Of a stretch of DNA of 64,000 bases, positions 12,510-24,258 are shown piece by piece. The position numbers and the translations under genes are program-made. This DNA is from Scenedesmus sp. PABB004 (lineage: Eukaryota), in contig JABVCE010000007.1 in the NCBI GenBank assembly GCA_014905635.1, positions 1,426,001-1,490,000 on the forward strand, given 5' to 3'. Position 1 is the first letter of the stretch; every line of letters begins with the position of its first letter. Below the pieces are notes generated by a model that had not been told where the DNA came from, did no database searches, and saw only the letters and a program-made list of their open reading frames with translations.

Positions 12510-14875
12510 ATGGCGGCAGCCCTGCGCGCAGGCACCATGCTCGGCACCGGCGCCCTCGCGGCCCGCCCGGCGCAGGTGCGGGGTGCGGCGTGCCGCCGGC
12601 GTGCCGCCGGCATCGGGGAGGGGCGCCTGCCCGGGCGCGCGGGCCCAACGGCGCGGCGCCCCGCCCCGGCCCCCGGATCACATCGCAGAGGCTGGCGCTG
12701 CGCCCGCTGGGCCCCGCGCCCGTCGGCGGCCGGCGTGTGGCGCGGGTGCCCCAGTTCGAGCAGCCCCAGCTCGCGCCCGTGGTCGTCAAGGCTGCCGGCG
12801 ACGCGGCCGCGGGCAAGGAGCTCGACCCGCTCGAGACGTGAGCCCCCGCGCGCGCCCGCGCGGCCCGGCGGCCCGGAGGGCCCCAGCGTCGCGCCCCCGC
12901 ACCCGCCGGCGGCGCGCGGCGCCGCGATCGCGCGGGCGCCGCCGCGGCGCGGCGCGCGCCGAAGAGGCCGGCGCGCGCCGCTGCTGCCGCGGCCGCCGAC
13001 GCGCCGCGCGCCCGCCCCCGCCGCCTGCCGCGCAGCGCCGTGTCCAAGGTCGTCGGCGCGGAGAAGGCCCCCGCGGTCGTGACGCTCGGCTTCATCGCGC
13101 TCTGGTGCGCGCCTTCCCGCAGCCGCGGCCGCAGCCCCCGCCCGTCCCTCCGCACCCCCGCCCTTTCCCCTCTCCCGCGCCTCCTCTCACGCCGCCCCTC
13201 TGCCCTCCCCTCTCCCCGCCAGGTACGCGCTGAACGTGTACTTCAACCTTCTCAACAAGAGCATCTTCAAGTACTTCCCCTTCCCATACACCGTGTCGAC
13301 CGTCCACGTCGTCGTCGGCACCGCCTACTGCGCGCTCGTGTACGTGCTCGGCCTCAAGTCCTGGTCCTTCGGCCGGGTGAGCCACGCGGGGGGCCTCGCA
13401 CGCGCAGCGCCGCACGCCGGCGGCGGCGGCGGCGCGGCGCGCAGCGCCCCGCCGGCAGCGCCCGCGCCAACGCCGCCGCCCGCTCGCTCGCCCGCGGCGC
13501 CGCGTCGTGTGCAGGCGATCAGCAAGGCCGAGTTTGGCAAGATCTTTGGCCCCGCCACGATGCACGCGGTCGGGCACATCGCGGCCAACATCTCCTTTGC
13601 CGCCGTCGCGATCAGCCTCACGCACACGGTCAAGACCCTGGAGCCGGCCTTCAACGTCATCCTCAGCCGGTGCGCCACCCAGCACCCGCCCGCCGCGGCG
13701 GCGCCGGCAGCCGGGCACAGCAGCGACAGCAGCAGCTGCGACGGCGCCAGCAGCGGCAGCGGCGGCAGCAGCAGCCGCGGGCGGGCGCGGCCGCGCGGGC
13801 GCGCCGCCGGGCCAGCAGCGCCGGCGGCAGCTGCGCCCGCGAGGGGGGCCAGCGGCGGCGCCCGCTGGGCGGCGCGCCGCTTGCCTCACCGCCGCCGCCG
13901 CCGCGGCCTAAAAAACCCTTGAACCGCGCCGCCGCAGCCTGATCCTGGGCGAGGCGACGCCGCTGCCGGTGATGCTGTCGCTCATCCCCATCATGGCGGG
14001 CGTGGGCCTGGCGAGCGCGGGCGAGCTGAGCTTCAACTGGACCGGTTTCATCTCGGCGATGCTCTCCAACCTCACCTTCGGCTTCCGCGCCGTCTGGGGC
14101 AAGGCGTGAGTGCCGCGCGCCGCGGCGCGCGCGCGACCCCGTCCGCCGGCCGGCCCGCGCGCGCCGCCCGCGTCCCCTGCTGCCGCGCCGCCGCCCGCTA
14201 CTCGACCGCTGCCCAAACCCTAAACCCTAAACCCTGCACGTGTGCGCCGCCCCGTGCCCCTGCAGCGCGATGACCAAGACGCTGGACAGCACCGCGGTGT
14301 ACGCGTACACGACGCTCATCAGCGCCATCGTGTGCGTGCCCATCGCGCTCGGCATGGAGGGCGGCCTGCTGCAGGCCGGCGCGGCGGCGGCCATCCAGAA
14401 GGTGCGCGCCGCACCGCGCGCTCCCGCTCCCTCTCCCTCTCCCTCTCCACCCGCTCCTCCCTCTCCGCCCTCCCTCCCTCCCTCGCACGCGCGCGCACAC
14501 TCGCTCGCTCACCACCACTCACTTGACCGCGCACCCACGATGCACATCCACGCCCGCTCTCTCCCCCCGCAGGTCGGCGAGGCGCGCTTCTACGGCGACC
14601 TGTTCATGGTGGGCCTGCTGTACCACCTGTACAACCAGTTTGCCTTCAACACTCTGCAGCGCGTGAGCCCGGTCAGCCACGGCGTGTGCAACGTCGTCAA
14701 GCGCGTCGTCATCATCTTCAGCAGCGTCCTCTTCTTCAACCAGACGCTCACGCAGCAGGCGCTGGTCGGCACGGTCATCGCGCTCGCGGGGACGTGGCTC
14801 TACACAGACATGTCCTCCAAGCACAAGACGCGCAAGGCCGAGCCCGGCGGCGGCGGCAAGCCCGCCGCCGCGTGA
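12510..14875 (+). CDS. TPT: Plastid triose-phosphate/phosphate translocator
   Basis: Transit-peptide-like N-terminus; WYALNVYFNLLNK, THTVKTLEPAFN, GELSFNWTGF, YHLYNQ, VSPVSHGVCNVVKRV. Confidence 0.92.
14215..14235. repeat. Interstitial telomere-type repeat (AAACCCT)x3 in a TPT intron
   Basis: Exact sequence aaaccctaaaccctaaaccct. Confidence 0.85.
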
Positions 14876-15534
14876 GGCGCGGCAGGCGGGCGCGCGGCGC
14901 GGCGCGCGGCGCGGCGCGGCACGGGGGCAGGGCGCGACGGGGGCGGGGCGGACGGGCGGGGGCGGGGGCGGGGGCGGGACGGGGAGCGGCGGGCGCGGGG
15001 CGCGCGCGGCCAGCCGCCTTGCCAGGGGCGGCCGGCAGGCGGCGCCCCGCGCCGCGCGCGCCCGGCCGGGTTGACCAGCTGCAGCGCGCGGGCCGCGCAG
15101 CCATGTACGCGCCACAGCCTTGTACGTTTGAACGACTGAACAGGTGCACGCACCGCGCGCGCGCGCATTGTCGGCGCGGTGCAGGGTGCGGCGCACCATT
15201 GCGCGGGACGGCCGCGGCGGGGCTTGCATGCGCATCTGCACGCGAGCGAGCATCGCGCCGTCGGAGGGGTGCCCCGCGGCGGGCGGCGGCGAGGCTGTGA
15301 AGTCAACAGACCCGACGGAGGCGCGCGCGGATCGGAGGCGCCCACACAGCCGTCGCGAGCAGGGCGCGGTGGTCACCACCACCCCAGGGGCCCCGCGTCG
15401 CGCCACCGCCGACTCTGCGAACCAGCCCCGCCCCGCCCCGCCCCGCCAAAGCACGCACAACTTGACGCTGCGCCGACGCACAAACCGCCGCAGTTTGCCC
15501 CCCGTCCGCCCCCCTTCCCCAGCCAGCGCCGCGC

Positions 15535-16861
15535 TCAGGCCTTGCGCGCGCGCTTGGCGCGCGGCGGCGCCGCCGCCGCCGCCGCGCCCGGCTCCGCCTC
15601 GCCCTCCGCCGCCTCGTCGCCCGCGGCGCCGCCGCCGCGGCGGCCGCCGCCGCCGCCGCGCGGGGGCGGCCAGTCCCAGGCCGCGATGGCAGGCAGGTCG
15701 TAGTCAGGCAGCTTGAAATTGAGCCTCGCGGCGGCCTTGGGACCGGGGCCGAGCAGCTTGATGATGGCGCGGTCGTACGCGCGCGCCGCGTCGGCCTCGG
15801 CCTTGAAGCTGCGGCGACAGGTGGAGGCGCAGGCGCGGCAGTCGGGCGGCGTGCCCGCGCGGGCGACGGCGCAGCCGCGCGCGGCGGCGCGGCCGCGCGC
15901 GCACCTGCCGACAAACTGCTGCCGCCCGAGGCCCCACGCGCGCGCCTGCGCGCGGGACGGCGGCGGGGGCGGGGCGGGCCACGGCGCGCGTGGGCGCGCG
16001 CGGCGGGCAGGCGCAGCGCGCCCTTCCTCCCCGGGCCGCATCGGCACGCGTGCGTGCGTGCGACCGCTCACCTCCCAGCGCTGGCTGCGCGCGTGCCAGC
16101 TCACGCCCCGGAACGTGCTGCTGTTGGCCTTGGCGGTCGCCGCGGCGCCGCCGCCGGCGCCGGCGCCGTCGCCTGCGCCCGCGCCGCCAGCAGGGGCCGC
16201 CGCGGCCGGCTGCGGCAGCGGCCCCACCTCGGCAATGTATGCAGCGATGCCTGCGGGCGCGGCACGGCGCGGCGCGAGGGGCGGCGGTCGGCAGCGGCGC
16301 TCGGCGGCGGCGCTCGGCGGCTGCTGCGTGCGCGGCGGCGTGCGCGGCCCGCCCGCCGCTGGCGAGCGCCCCGTGCGGGCGCGGCGCGGCGCGGCGGTGC
16401 GCCTCACTCTCGTCAGGGAAGTTGAGCCCGCGGTGCGCGGTGCCCTGCGCCGCCAGGACCGCGCGGTCGTAGGCGCGCGCCGCGGCGGCCTCGTCGACGT
16501 ACGTGCCGATGTGCCGCGCCTTGCGCGCCGCGCCGTCCCACCAGACCGCGACCCACTTGCCGCACGCGAGGCTCCAGCTCACCCCCTGCGCGGGCGCCGC
16601 GGCGCGGCGCGTGGCGGGGTCGGGGTGTGCGCTGGCGCGGCGCAACGCGCGAGCGGCCGCGCGCGAGGGGACGGGGCGGCGGGGCAGCTGCCTGCCCACC
16701 TTGTACTGGGACAGCCGCTTGGCCCTGGCTGCGCCGCCGCCGCCGGCCGCGCCGCGGCCGCGCTTGGCGGGGCGCGGCGCTGCAGCGGCACCCGCCGCCG
16801 GTGCGCCCGCTGCTGCGTCCGCCGCCGCGCCCGCCGCCGCGCCTGCTGCTGTCGCTGCTGC

Positions 16862-16897
<36 letters not shown>

Positions 16898-18766
16898 AGC
16901 GCCTGCTGCTGCCTCGTCGGCGCCTGCCGGGCCGGCAGCAAGCGAGGGCCGGGCTCGCGCGCTGCTCGGCGCACGAGCGGAGCCCGTCACCGCCGCTGCC
17001 GCTGCCGCCGCCGCCGCCGCCGCCGCCAGCAGGGCGGGGTTGCTGCCGGCCGCCGTGGGGAGGCCGGCTTGCGGCTGGGCCAGCGGGCCGCCCTCCTGCA
17101 GCAGCCAGCTGTACGTTGGCGTCACGCCGGCTGCCTGCGCCGCGGCTGGCTCGTCGCCGGGGCCGCCGGCGTCGGCGGCGCCGGGGAAGTTGAGCAGGCT
17201 CCGCGGCACGCCCGGCCCCAGCCGCTGGCGCAGCGCGGCGTCGTGCGCCCGCGCCGCCTCGAGCTCGCTGCCAAACTTGCCCAGCCAGACCACCTGGGCG
17301 CGCGCACGCACGCAGGGGCCGCCGCGGACGGCGGGCAGTCGGCGGCGCGGGGCGGCATTGCGGCCGCGCTGCGCACCGCCCCGCCGTGCGCCGCCCCTCC
17401 CCGACCCCTCTGGGCGCCGCCGCACCTCGCCGATGCTCTCATCCACGACGAACGCCTGCCACTCCCTGGCGCCCGGCAGCAGCGTCACGCCGCGCCAGCC
17501 GCCGCGCTCGCCTCCGCCCGCAGTGCCGACGCGCCCGCTGGCGGCTGCGGCGGCCGCAGCGGCGTGCTGCGCGGCCCAGGCCGCAGCTGCCTCGGCGCTC
17601 CACTGCTCTGCCGGGAGCCGCGCCGGCAGCAGCACGCCCGGGCGCGGCTGAGCGTCGTCCTCGGCTCCCGCAGCTGCTGCGGCCCGCTGCTTGCGGGTGC
17701 TGCTGCCCAAGCGGCTGGGCCGCCGCCTGCTGCTGTTGCTGCCGCCGCTGCCGCTGCCGAGCTGGCTGCTGTCGCTGTCCATGTCCCAGCCGCCATCGCT
17801 GGCGTCGCTGGCGTCGCTGACGTCGCTGGCGTCGCTGGCGTCGCTCGCGTCGCTGGCGTCAGGGACGGCCTCGAGCGCGCTGCCCCCGCCGCCGCCGCGC
17901 CCGCCTGCCTTGGCTGCCGCCGCGGCCTGCGCGCTGCCGCCGGCGTCGGCGTCGCCGGGGAAGTTGAGCCGGCCGCGTGGCACGCTCGGCCCCAGCCGCT
18001 GGCGCAGCGCGGCGTCGTGCGCCCGCGCCGCCTCGAGCTCGCTGCCAAACTTGCCCAGCCAGACCACCTGGGCGCGCGCACAGGCAGGGGCCGCGGACGG
18101 CGGGCGGCACGGGGCGCAGCGTGGGGCAGCGCGGGCCGGCGAGCGGCGACATTGCGGCCGCGCTTCGCCGTGCCCCCTCCCCGACCCCTCTGGGCGCCGC
18201 CGCACCTCGCTGATGCTCTCATCCACAACGAACGCCTGCCACTCGCGCGTGCCCGGCAGCAGCGTCACGCCGCGCCAGCCGCCGCGCTCGGCGCCGGCCG
18301 GCTGCCGCTCCGCCGGCGGCGGCGCGGGCGCGGGCGGCGCCGCCGCCGGCCCCGCGGCCGCCTCGCCGCGCCGCCGCTTGGCGCGCCGGCCGCCGCCGGG
18401 CGCGGCAGCATCGTGGGCCGGCGGCGCCGCGGCGCCCGACGCGCGTGCGGCGTTGGTGGCGAGCGCACTCACGCTGGCGGCGAGCACGCCGCCGTGGAAC
18501 GCCCGCACCGCCGCCGCCGCCGCCGCCGCCGCGGCCTCCTGCGCCGAGGGAGGCGCACCCTGAGCCTGCTGCTGCTGGCGCGGCGGCCGTCGCTGGCGCT
18601 GCTGCTGCCGCTGCCGCTGCTGCGAGCCGTGCGTCGCCGTCGCCGCCGCGGCGTCCGGCGCTGCGGGCGCGCGCGCGGCCGCGAGGTGGCCCACGGCGCG
18701 GCGCAGGAGCGCGGTGTAGTTTGCCAGTGCGCTCGCGCCAGCGGGCGCGCGCGCGGCGTCGGCCAT
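15535..18766 (-). CDS. AP2/ERF-domain transcription factor with four AP2 domains
   Basis: Two copies of WRGV..WQAFV..VVWLGKFGSELEAARAHDAA..LNFP, plus SQYKGVSW..HIGTYVDEAAAARAYDRA..LNFP and STFRGVSW..FKAEADAARAYDRA..LNF. Confidence 0.9.
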
Positions 18767-19448
18767 GGGAACGAGCTGCTCCCCACTCCTCCCACGCCGC
18801 GTGTGGGCCTGAAGATTACGGAGCCGCACACGCACGCCGGCAGCTGCGCACGCGGGCAGTGTCGCTGCCGGCGGCGCGCGGCGGCGACTCCACCGCTCCT
18901 CCTCGCAGGTCGGCGGTCGCCGCCTGCTTGTGATCGCTGAGCTGGTGCAGGCGCGCCTGGCGGGTGGCCGTGTACTGAGTGGTACTGAGTGGTGTGGCTG
19001 CGTTGGGGCGCGCGTGCGGCGCAGCGACAACCAAGGGCCGGGAACCCTGCTGCCGCCGCCGCGACCGCCCGGTCGCCCGGTCGTCGCAGCGCGGCCGCGC
19101 TGCGATCGCCGCGCCTGCAGCTGCTTGTGTGTGTGGCTGCCGAGAGCGCGGCTGCCGAGGGTGGCGGGGCGACCAGCGGCACACACGCACACGCACGCAC
19201 GCCCGCAGCAAACGCGCGGCGCGCGCAGTCATCAATGCTCCGCCGAGGGGTCGAACCTCGGCCCGAGGGCGGCGACCGGCCACGGAGCGGGAGGGGTGCT
19301 TGACGCCCTCCCCGGGACGCCGACCAGGCCATGACCACGTACCACGCGCTCCCCGTGGCGCGTCTTAGGGGGTTGCGCGCTGGGGAGCTGACGTGCGGCC
19401 TAGACATCTTTGTCGCCGGGGTGCATTCAAGACTTTTGGGGTTTTTTG

Positions 19449-19502
19449 GGGTGCAAGGGTGCAAGGGTGCAAGGGTGCAAGGGTGCAAGGGTGCAAGTGC
19501 AA
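19449..19502. repeat. (GGGTGCAA)x6 octamer tandem repeat, G-quadruplex-compatible
   Basis: Six exact copies read directly from the sequence. Confidence 0.9.
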
Positions 19503-19779
19503 GAGGGAAAGGGGTTTGATCAGCGTCGGGCGACACCCTGCGGGAGGGGCACGGGCGCGGCAGCGGCGGCGCGCTGCGCGTGGGCGGCGGGCCGGCGCGA
19601 CGGCCGCGCGCCCGGCAGGGCTGGCGCAGCCGCCGCGCGCTCGCGCCGCGCGGCTCACCGGGAGGGCGCGCTCGGGCCGCAAAGGAGGTGGCGCCGTCTC
19701 AATACGGCGTGGGGGCGTCATCGCTGGAGAGAGGGCAGCGGCCTGCGCGGGCGCGGTCGGCAGCGCGTCGGGCGCGCGT

Positions 19780-19931
19780 AAAAAAAAAGACAAAGATAAT
19801 TACACCGCAGGCTCGCGCCCATTGGTCCCGCGCCCCTTAAGGACGGTGTCCCGCATCTTCCAGATGTCCATCACATAATCTGCCACAGAATGAACAGCAA
19901 GCTGATCCTGCAGTAGGTCACCAAGCAGATA
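19780..19931 (-). mobile_element. 5'-truncated non-LTR retrotransposon (LINE) 3' end, copy 1
   Basis: Low-GC island encoding YLLGDLLQDQLAVHSVADYVMDIWKMRDTVLKGRGTNGREPAV-stop followed by a T-rich tail. Shares about 45 bp with 63487-63544. Candidate TSD GCGCGT at 19774-19779 and 19932-19937. Confidence 0.7.
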
Positions 19932-20572
19932 GCGCGTGCGGCACGGGGCGGCAAACGTTGGTGCCGCCTGCACCGGCGGTGGCCCCGCCAGCCCGGGCGC
20001 GCAGCCACCCTCGCACACACCTGCTGCCGCGTGCTCCTTCTGCGTTGCTGGCGTGGTCCGCGCAGGCGTCGTCCGCGCAGGCGTCGTCCGCGCGGCGTCA
20101 CCCGCCAGATATGTGGCAGCCCTGCGCGGCCGGGGGCAGAGGCAGACACGGCGGGGGCGGCCGCTGCAGCCGCGCCGCGTGCTGCCCGCCCCGGCCCCAC
20201 CGTGGTTGTAGCCGGTTGAGCGGGGTTGAGCGCGGCAGGGCTCGTTCACACGCGTCCAACACGCAGCACGCGCAGCACACTCGCCGAGACACGGCACGCG
20301 GCAGCACACACGCGCAGCACGCGGCGCACACCACGCGTGCGCAGCAGACCGCCGCAAGCGCGTGTGCAGCATGTGGGGGCAGCGGATCGGGGTTTGGACT
20401 TGAGGGCACCACGTGCGTGGCACCCGCCGACGTACCCCGGCGCCGGGGATCAAAGTTCACGTCGTTCTGGGCAGCGGACGCTGCCAATGAGCAGAGGGCG
20501 GGAGAGAGGCAGCGGGAACGGGGGAGTGCAAGGGACTGAGCAAGGTGCGGAGTGGGCGGGCTGGGGGGGGGG

Positions 20573-20860
20573 CAATGGTGACGGTTGGCGGTCGGCAGAT
20601 GTTGGATGGCAGATGGCGGTTGACTGATGGCGGTTGGCTGATGGCGGTTGAGCGATGCCTGATGGGGGTTGAGCGATGACTGCTGGACGATGACTGATGG
20701 CGGTTGGCTGCTGACGGTTGAGTGATGACTGATGGCGGTTGAGCGATGCCGGTTGGTTGATGACTGAGGCCGGTTGAGCGATGCCGGTCGAGCGCTGACT
20801 GTGCACGATGACAGATGGCGGTTGAATGATGACAGATGGTGGTTGAGCGATGACTGATGG
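20573..20860. repeat. Degenerate heptamer-based minisatellite (GATGACT/GATGGCG/GTTGAGC units)
   Basis: 7-bp periodicity with recurring 14- and 21-bp higher-order units, e.g. gatgactgatggcggttgagc. Confidence 0.85.
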
Positions 20861-20878
20861 TCAACGCTGTTTGCGGGG

Positions 20879-21392
20879 GAGCCTGCGGCGGCGGTGCGGC
20901 GCGCGGCGGCAGCGGGGCGTGAACCGCAGGACGGCGAAAGCGCTGCGCGCGCGGCGCACGCGCCGCCGCCCGGCGCGCGCTTCAGGTTTGGTGTCGGCGT
21001 GGCCAGCGCCTCCCTCCCCCTCTGCAGCGCGCCGGGCAGGCCCCCCGCGCCCAGCTCGCGCCACCTCCCTGAGTGCTTGGCAGCAGCTGGCAGCGCGCAT
21101 GTGCAGGTGGCAGGAGGGCCGCCGCCGACGATCGCCAGTCTTGGTCGGCCGGCGCCCAGCAGTCCCGGTGCTCGCGCGGCAGGAGAGCCTGCGGCGGCGG
21201 CGCGGCGCGCGGCGGCAGCGGGGCGTGAACCGCAGGACGACAAGGGCGCTGCTCGCGCGGCGCGCGCGTCGCCGCCCGGCGCGTGCTTCAGGTTTGGTAT
21301 CGGCGTGGCCAGCGCCTCCCTCCCCTCTGCAGCGAGCCGGGCAGGCCCCCCGCGCCAGCTCGCGCCACCTCCCTTGTGTGTTGTGGCAGCAG
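20879..21392. repeat. Imperfect direct repeat, about 207 bp x2 (20879-21086 and 21185-21392)
   Basis: Shared blocks gagcctgcggcggcgg..gtgaaccgcaggacg..ttcaggtttggt..ggccagcgcctccctcccc..ccagctcgcgccacctccct. Confidence 0.85.
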
Positions 21393-21541
21393 GGCGTGAG
21401 TGGGCGTGAGTGCAGGTGGAGCCGCCGCGTTGACCGTCGTGCTTCCGTTCAGCTGCCGCTGCCGACGCTGCTGCCACTGCCACTGCAGCTGCCGTCGCTG
21501 CTGCCGCTGCCGCTGCCACCGGGACACTGCCCTCCCTCCGG

Positions 21542-21727
<186 letters not shown>

Positions 21728-21914
21728 CGCCGCAGGTTGGCCGTGCCTCGGCCCGGCCAGGCCTCACGCGCTGCGGGGCCGCGCGTGCGCCGCCGGGCGG
21801 TCGCGCCCACGCCTGCGCGCCGGGGCGCAGCAGCGTCGGGCGGCCGGCGCGCACGCCCGCGCGCGCCCGGCGCGCCCCGCCACCGCGCTTGCCGCCGCCG
21901 CCGCCGCCGCCTCC

Positions 21915-23770
21915 TCACCGCTGGTCGAGCAGCCAGTCGGTCGCGTACTGGCGCTCCTCGTCGCGCAGCCAGGCGTTCAGGCACACGGTCATGGCCGGCT
22001 CGTCGCCCGCCGCGCGCCACTCGTCCAGCATCGCCGCCACGCGCCGGTGGCCGTGCGTCATGGCCGCCCACCAGTCCGCGCCCTGCGCCTCGCAGTAGTG
22101 CACCAGCAGCTGGCGCTCCAGCCAGTCCCGCCGCTTGTCGCCGCCCGCGCGCAGCATCCTCCAGTCCGCGGACGTCCGCAGCTCGACCGCCTCGGCACGC
22201 AGGCTCCTCTTGGGCGCGACGCCCCTGGGCAGGCCGCCCCGGGACTGCGTCGGGCGTAGGCGGCCCAACGCGGGCGCCGCCAGGCCGGCCCCGACCGCCG
22301 CCGCGGTCGACACAGAGGACAGCCTCGAGGGCCGAGTGAGGGGAATGGCGGCGGCGGCGGGCTCCATGGCGCTGTGCGGCGCGTCGCCCTCGGCCAGCGG
22401 CTCGCTGGCCTCGGGCACCGCGCCGGGGCTGGTGGCCGCTGCGTCGGCGTTGTCCTTGGTCGCGCCGGCTGCCTGCTGCGCCAGCGGCGGCGGCTGTGCG
22501 TGAGCTGGGGCAGCGGCGCGCGCGCAGGCGGAGGGCGCACGCGCCGCTGCGCGGCCGCGCAGGGCCGGCGGCGCCAGGCTGACGCGCGGGCGCGGGCGCG
22601 CTGCGGCGGCGCTGGTGCCAGCGCGCGCCGCTCCGGCCTCACCTGCAGCTCGGCGGCGCCAGAGCCGATGGCGGCGCTGGAGGCCTCGGCGCTGCAGGGG
22701 AAGCTCGTGGTGGCGGCGCGCCTGGCCGGCTTCTTGCGCTGCGTGTCGGCGCAGTCGCTGTCGAGGTCGTCGTTGTCGTGCCGCGCCGCCTTGGCGCTCG
22801 CCTGGGTGAGCTTGGCGTTGTCCTGCTGGAGGCGCGCGATGGTCTTGACGGCCAGCACGTAGTCGTTGGCGAGCGCGCCGCACCGGGCGCTGACGGCCGA
22901 CAGGGACTTGCGCGTGTCGGCGAGCCACGCGTTGCGCTTGGCCAGGCTGGCGCGCGTGGCGTCGTGCGCGGCGACGCGCACGGCGAGCGCCCTGCGCGCG
23001 TCGGCGAACTGGACGGCGAGCGACCTGGAGGCGGCGCCCTTGGCCTCGCAGCTGGCGGTGGCGGCGCGCAGCTGGTCGTCGAGCGCGCGCAGCAGCTCGC
23101 GCGCGTCGCGGACGCCGGCGGCGAGCTCCTGGTTGACGTCCGCGAGCTCGGCCTGGCCCTTCCAGGCGGCGACGAGGTCGGAGCGGAGCTGGCCGCGGTC
23201 CGCGGTGATGAAGGCGACGATGGTCTCGGCGTTGGCGGTCGTAGCGGCGTGGGCGGCCTTCTCGGCGGCGAGCTCGGCGCGCAGGCGCGCGTTGCTGTCG
23301 GTGGCCTCGAGCTGGCAGGCCGCGGAGCGCAGCCGGGAGAACGTGAGCTCCTGGCGCTCCGCGGCGAGGCCGGCGGCGAGGTGCTCGGCGTTGGCGGACG
23401 TGGCGGCGAGGTCGACGGCGAGGCGCTCGGCGTTGGCGGTCGTGGCGGCGTAGGAGGTCTTCAGGGCGAGGAGGGAGGTCTTCAGGGCGACGTTGGCGAG
23501 CTTCAGGGCGAGCACCTGCGAGCGGAAGGCGGCGGCGAGGAGCGCGAGCGCAAGAGAGACGCAGAGGCTGGCGCCGCGCGGCGCCCAGGCGGTCAGGAAG
23601 CAGAGAAGCGCGGCGCAGGCCGCGGCGGCGGCGGCGCGGCGGCCGAAGCCGGGCGCGCAGCGCAGCGGGCTCATGGCGGAGGCAGGGGGGGAGCAGGGGG
23701 GCACAGGGCAGGTTGCAGGGGGAGCTGGGCTTCCGGAGAAGTGGCTAGCAGGGGCGGGGGGGCCCTGCAT
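21915..23770 (-). CDS. Hypothetical membrane-anchored coiled-coil protein, two exons
   Basis: Strong codon bias. N-terminal hydrophobic segments precede an Ala/Leu heptad region with AATTANAE repeats, then an intron starting at about 22643 and a Trp-rich C-terminal domain. No family recognised. Confidence 0.6.
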
Positions 23771-24258
23771 TGCAGCGGAAAAGGACCGGAAGAGCAGCGG
23801 GCGCTGAGCGCCGCCGCGCGGCGCAGGGCCTGCCAGCTCCGCACGGGGGCGCCGTGGCGGTGTCGAGGAAGCGCGGGCGACTCCTGGCGCGGCGCGCCGT
23901 GGCGCTGCGCGGCTGGCCCCGCTGTTGCGGCTGGGCCGGCACAGCCCGCGCCCGCCGCCAGCGCCGATTCTCACACGCAGCCCGCCCAGACCGCGCCTGT
24001 GACTGTCGGGGCTGCCGCGCGCCCCGGCCGCGCCGGCCGCTGCCGTGCCGGGCCCGGTGCGCGCAGCGCGCAGCGCGCAGCGCCGGGCGCCAGGCTGTCA
24101 CGCGGGCGCGCGCGCCGAGCGCTGGACGAACGCTTATTCAACGAGTGAGCAAGCCTGGTCAAGCAGTGCCCTGCATGCGCGCACATCATCATCACATGCA
24201 GCCGCCCGCGCCGCCGCCCCCCTCCCCGCACACCCGCCCGGCCGCGCCGCGCTGCTGC

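Noticed and set aside
20573..20860. Possible CRISPR-like repeat array
   Set aside because: No unique spacers, degenerate 7-bp units, eukaryotic context and no cas genes.
20879..21392. TRIM or solo-LTR interpretation of the direct repeats
   Set aside because: No clear TG..CA termini, PBS, PPT or TSD.
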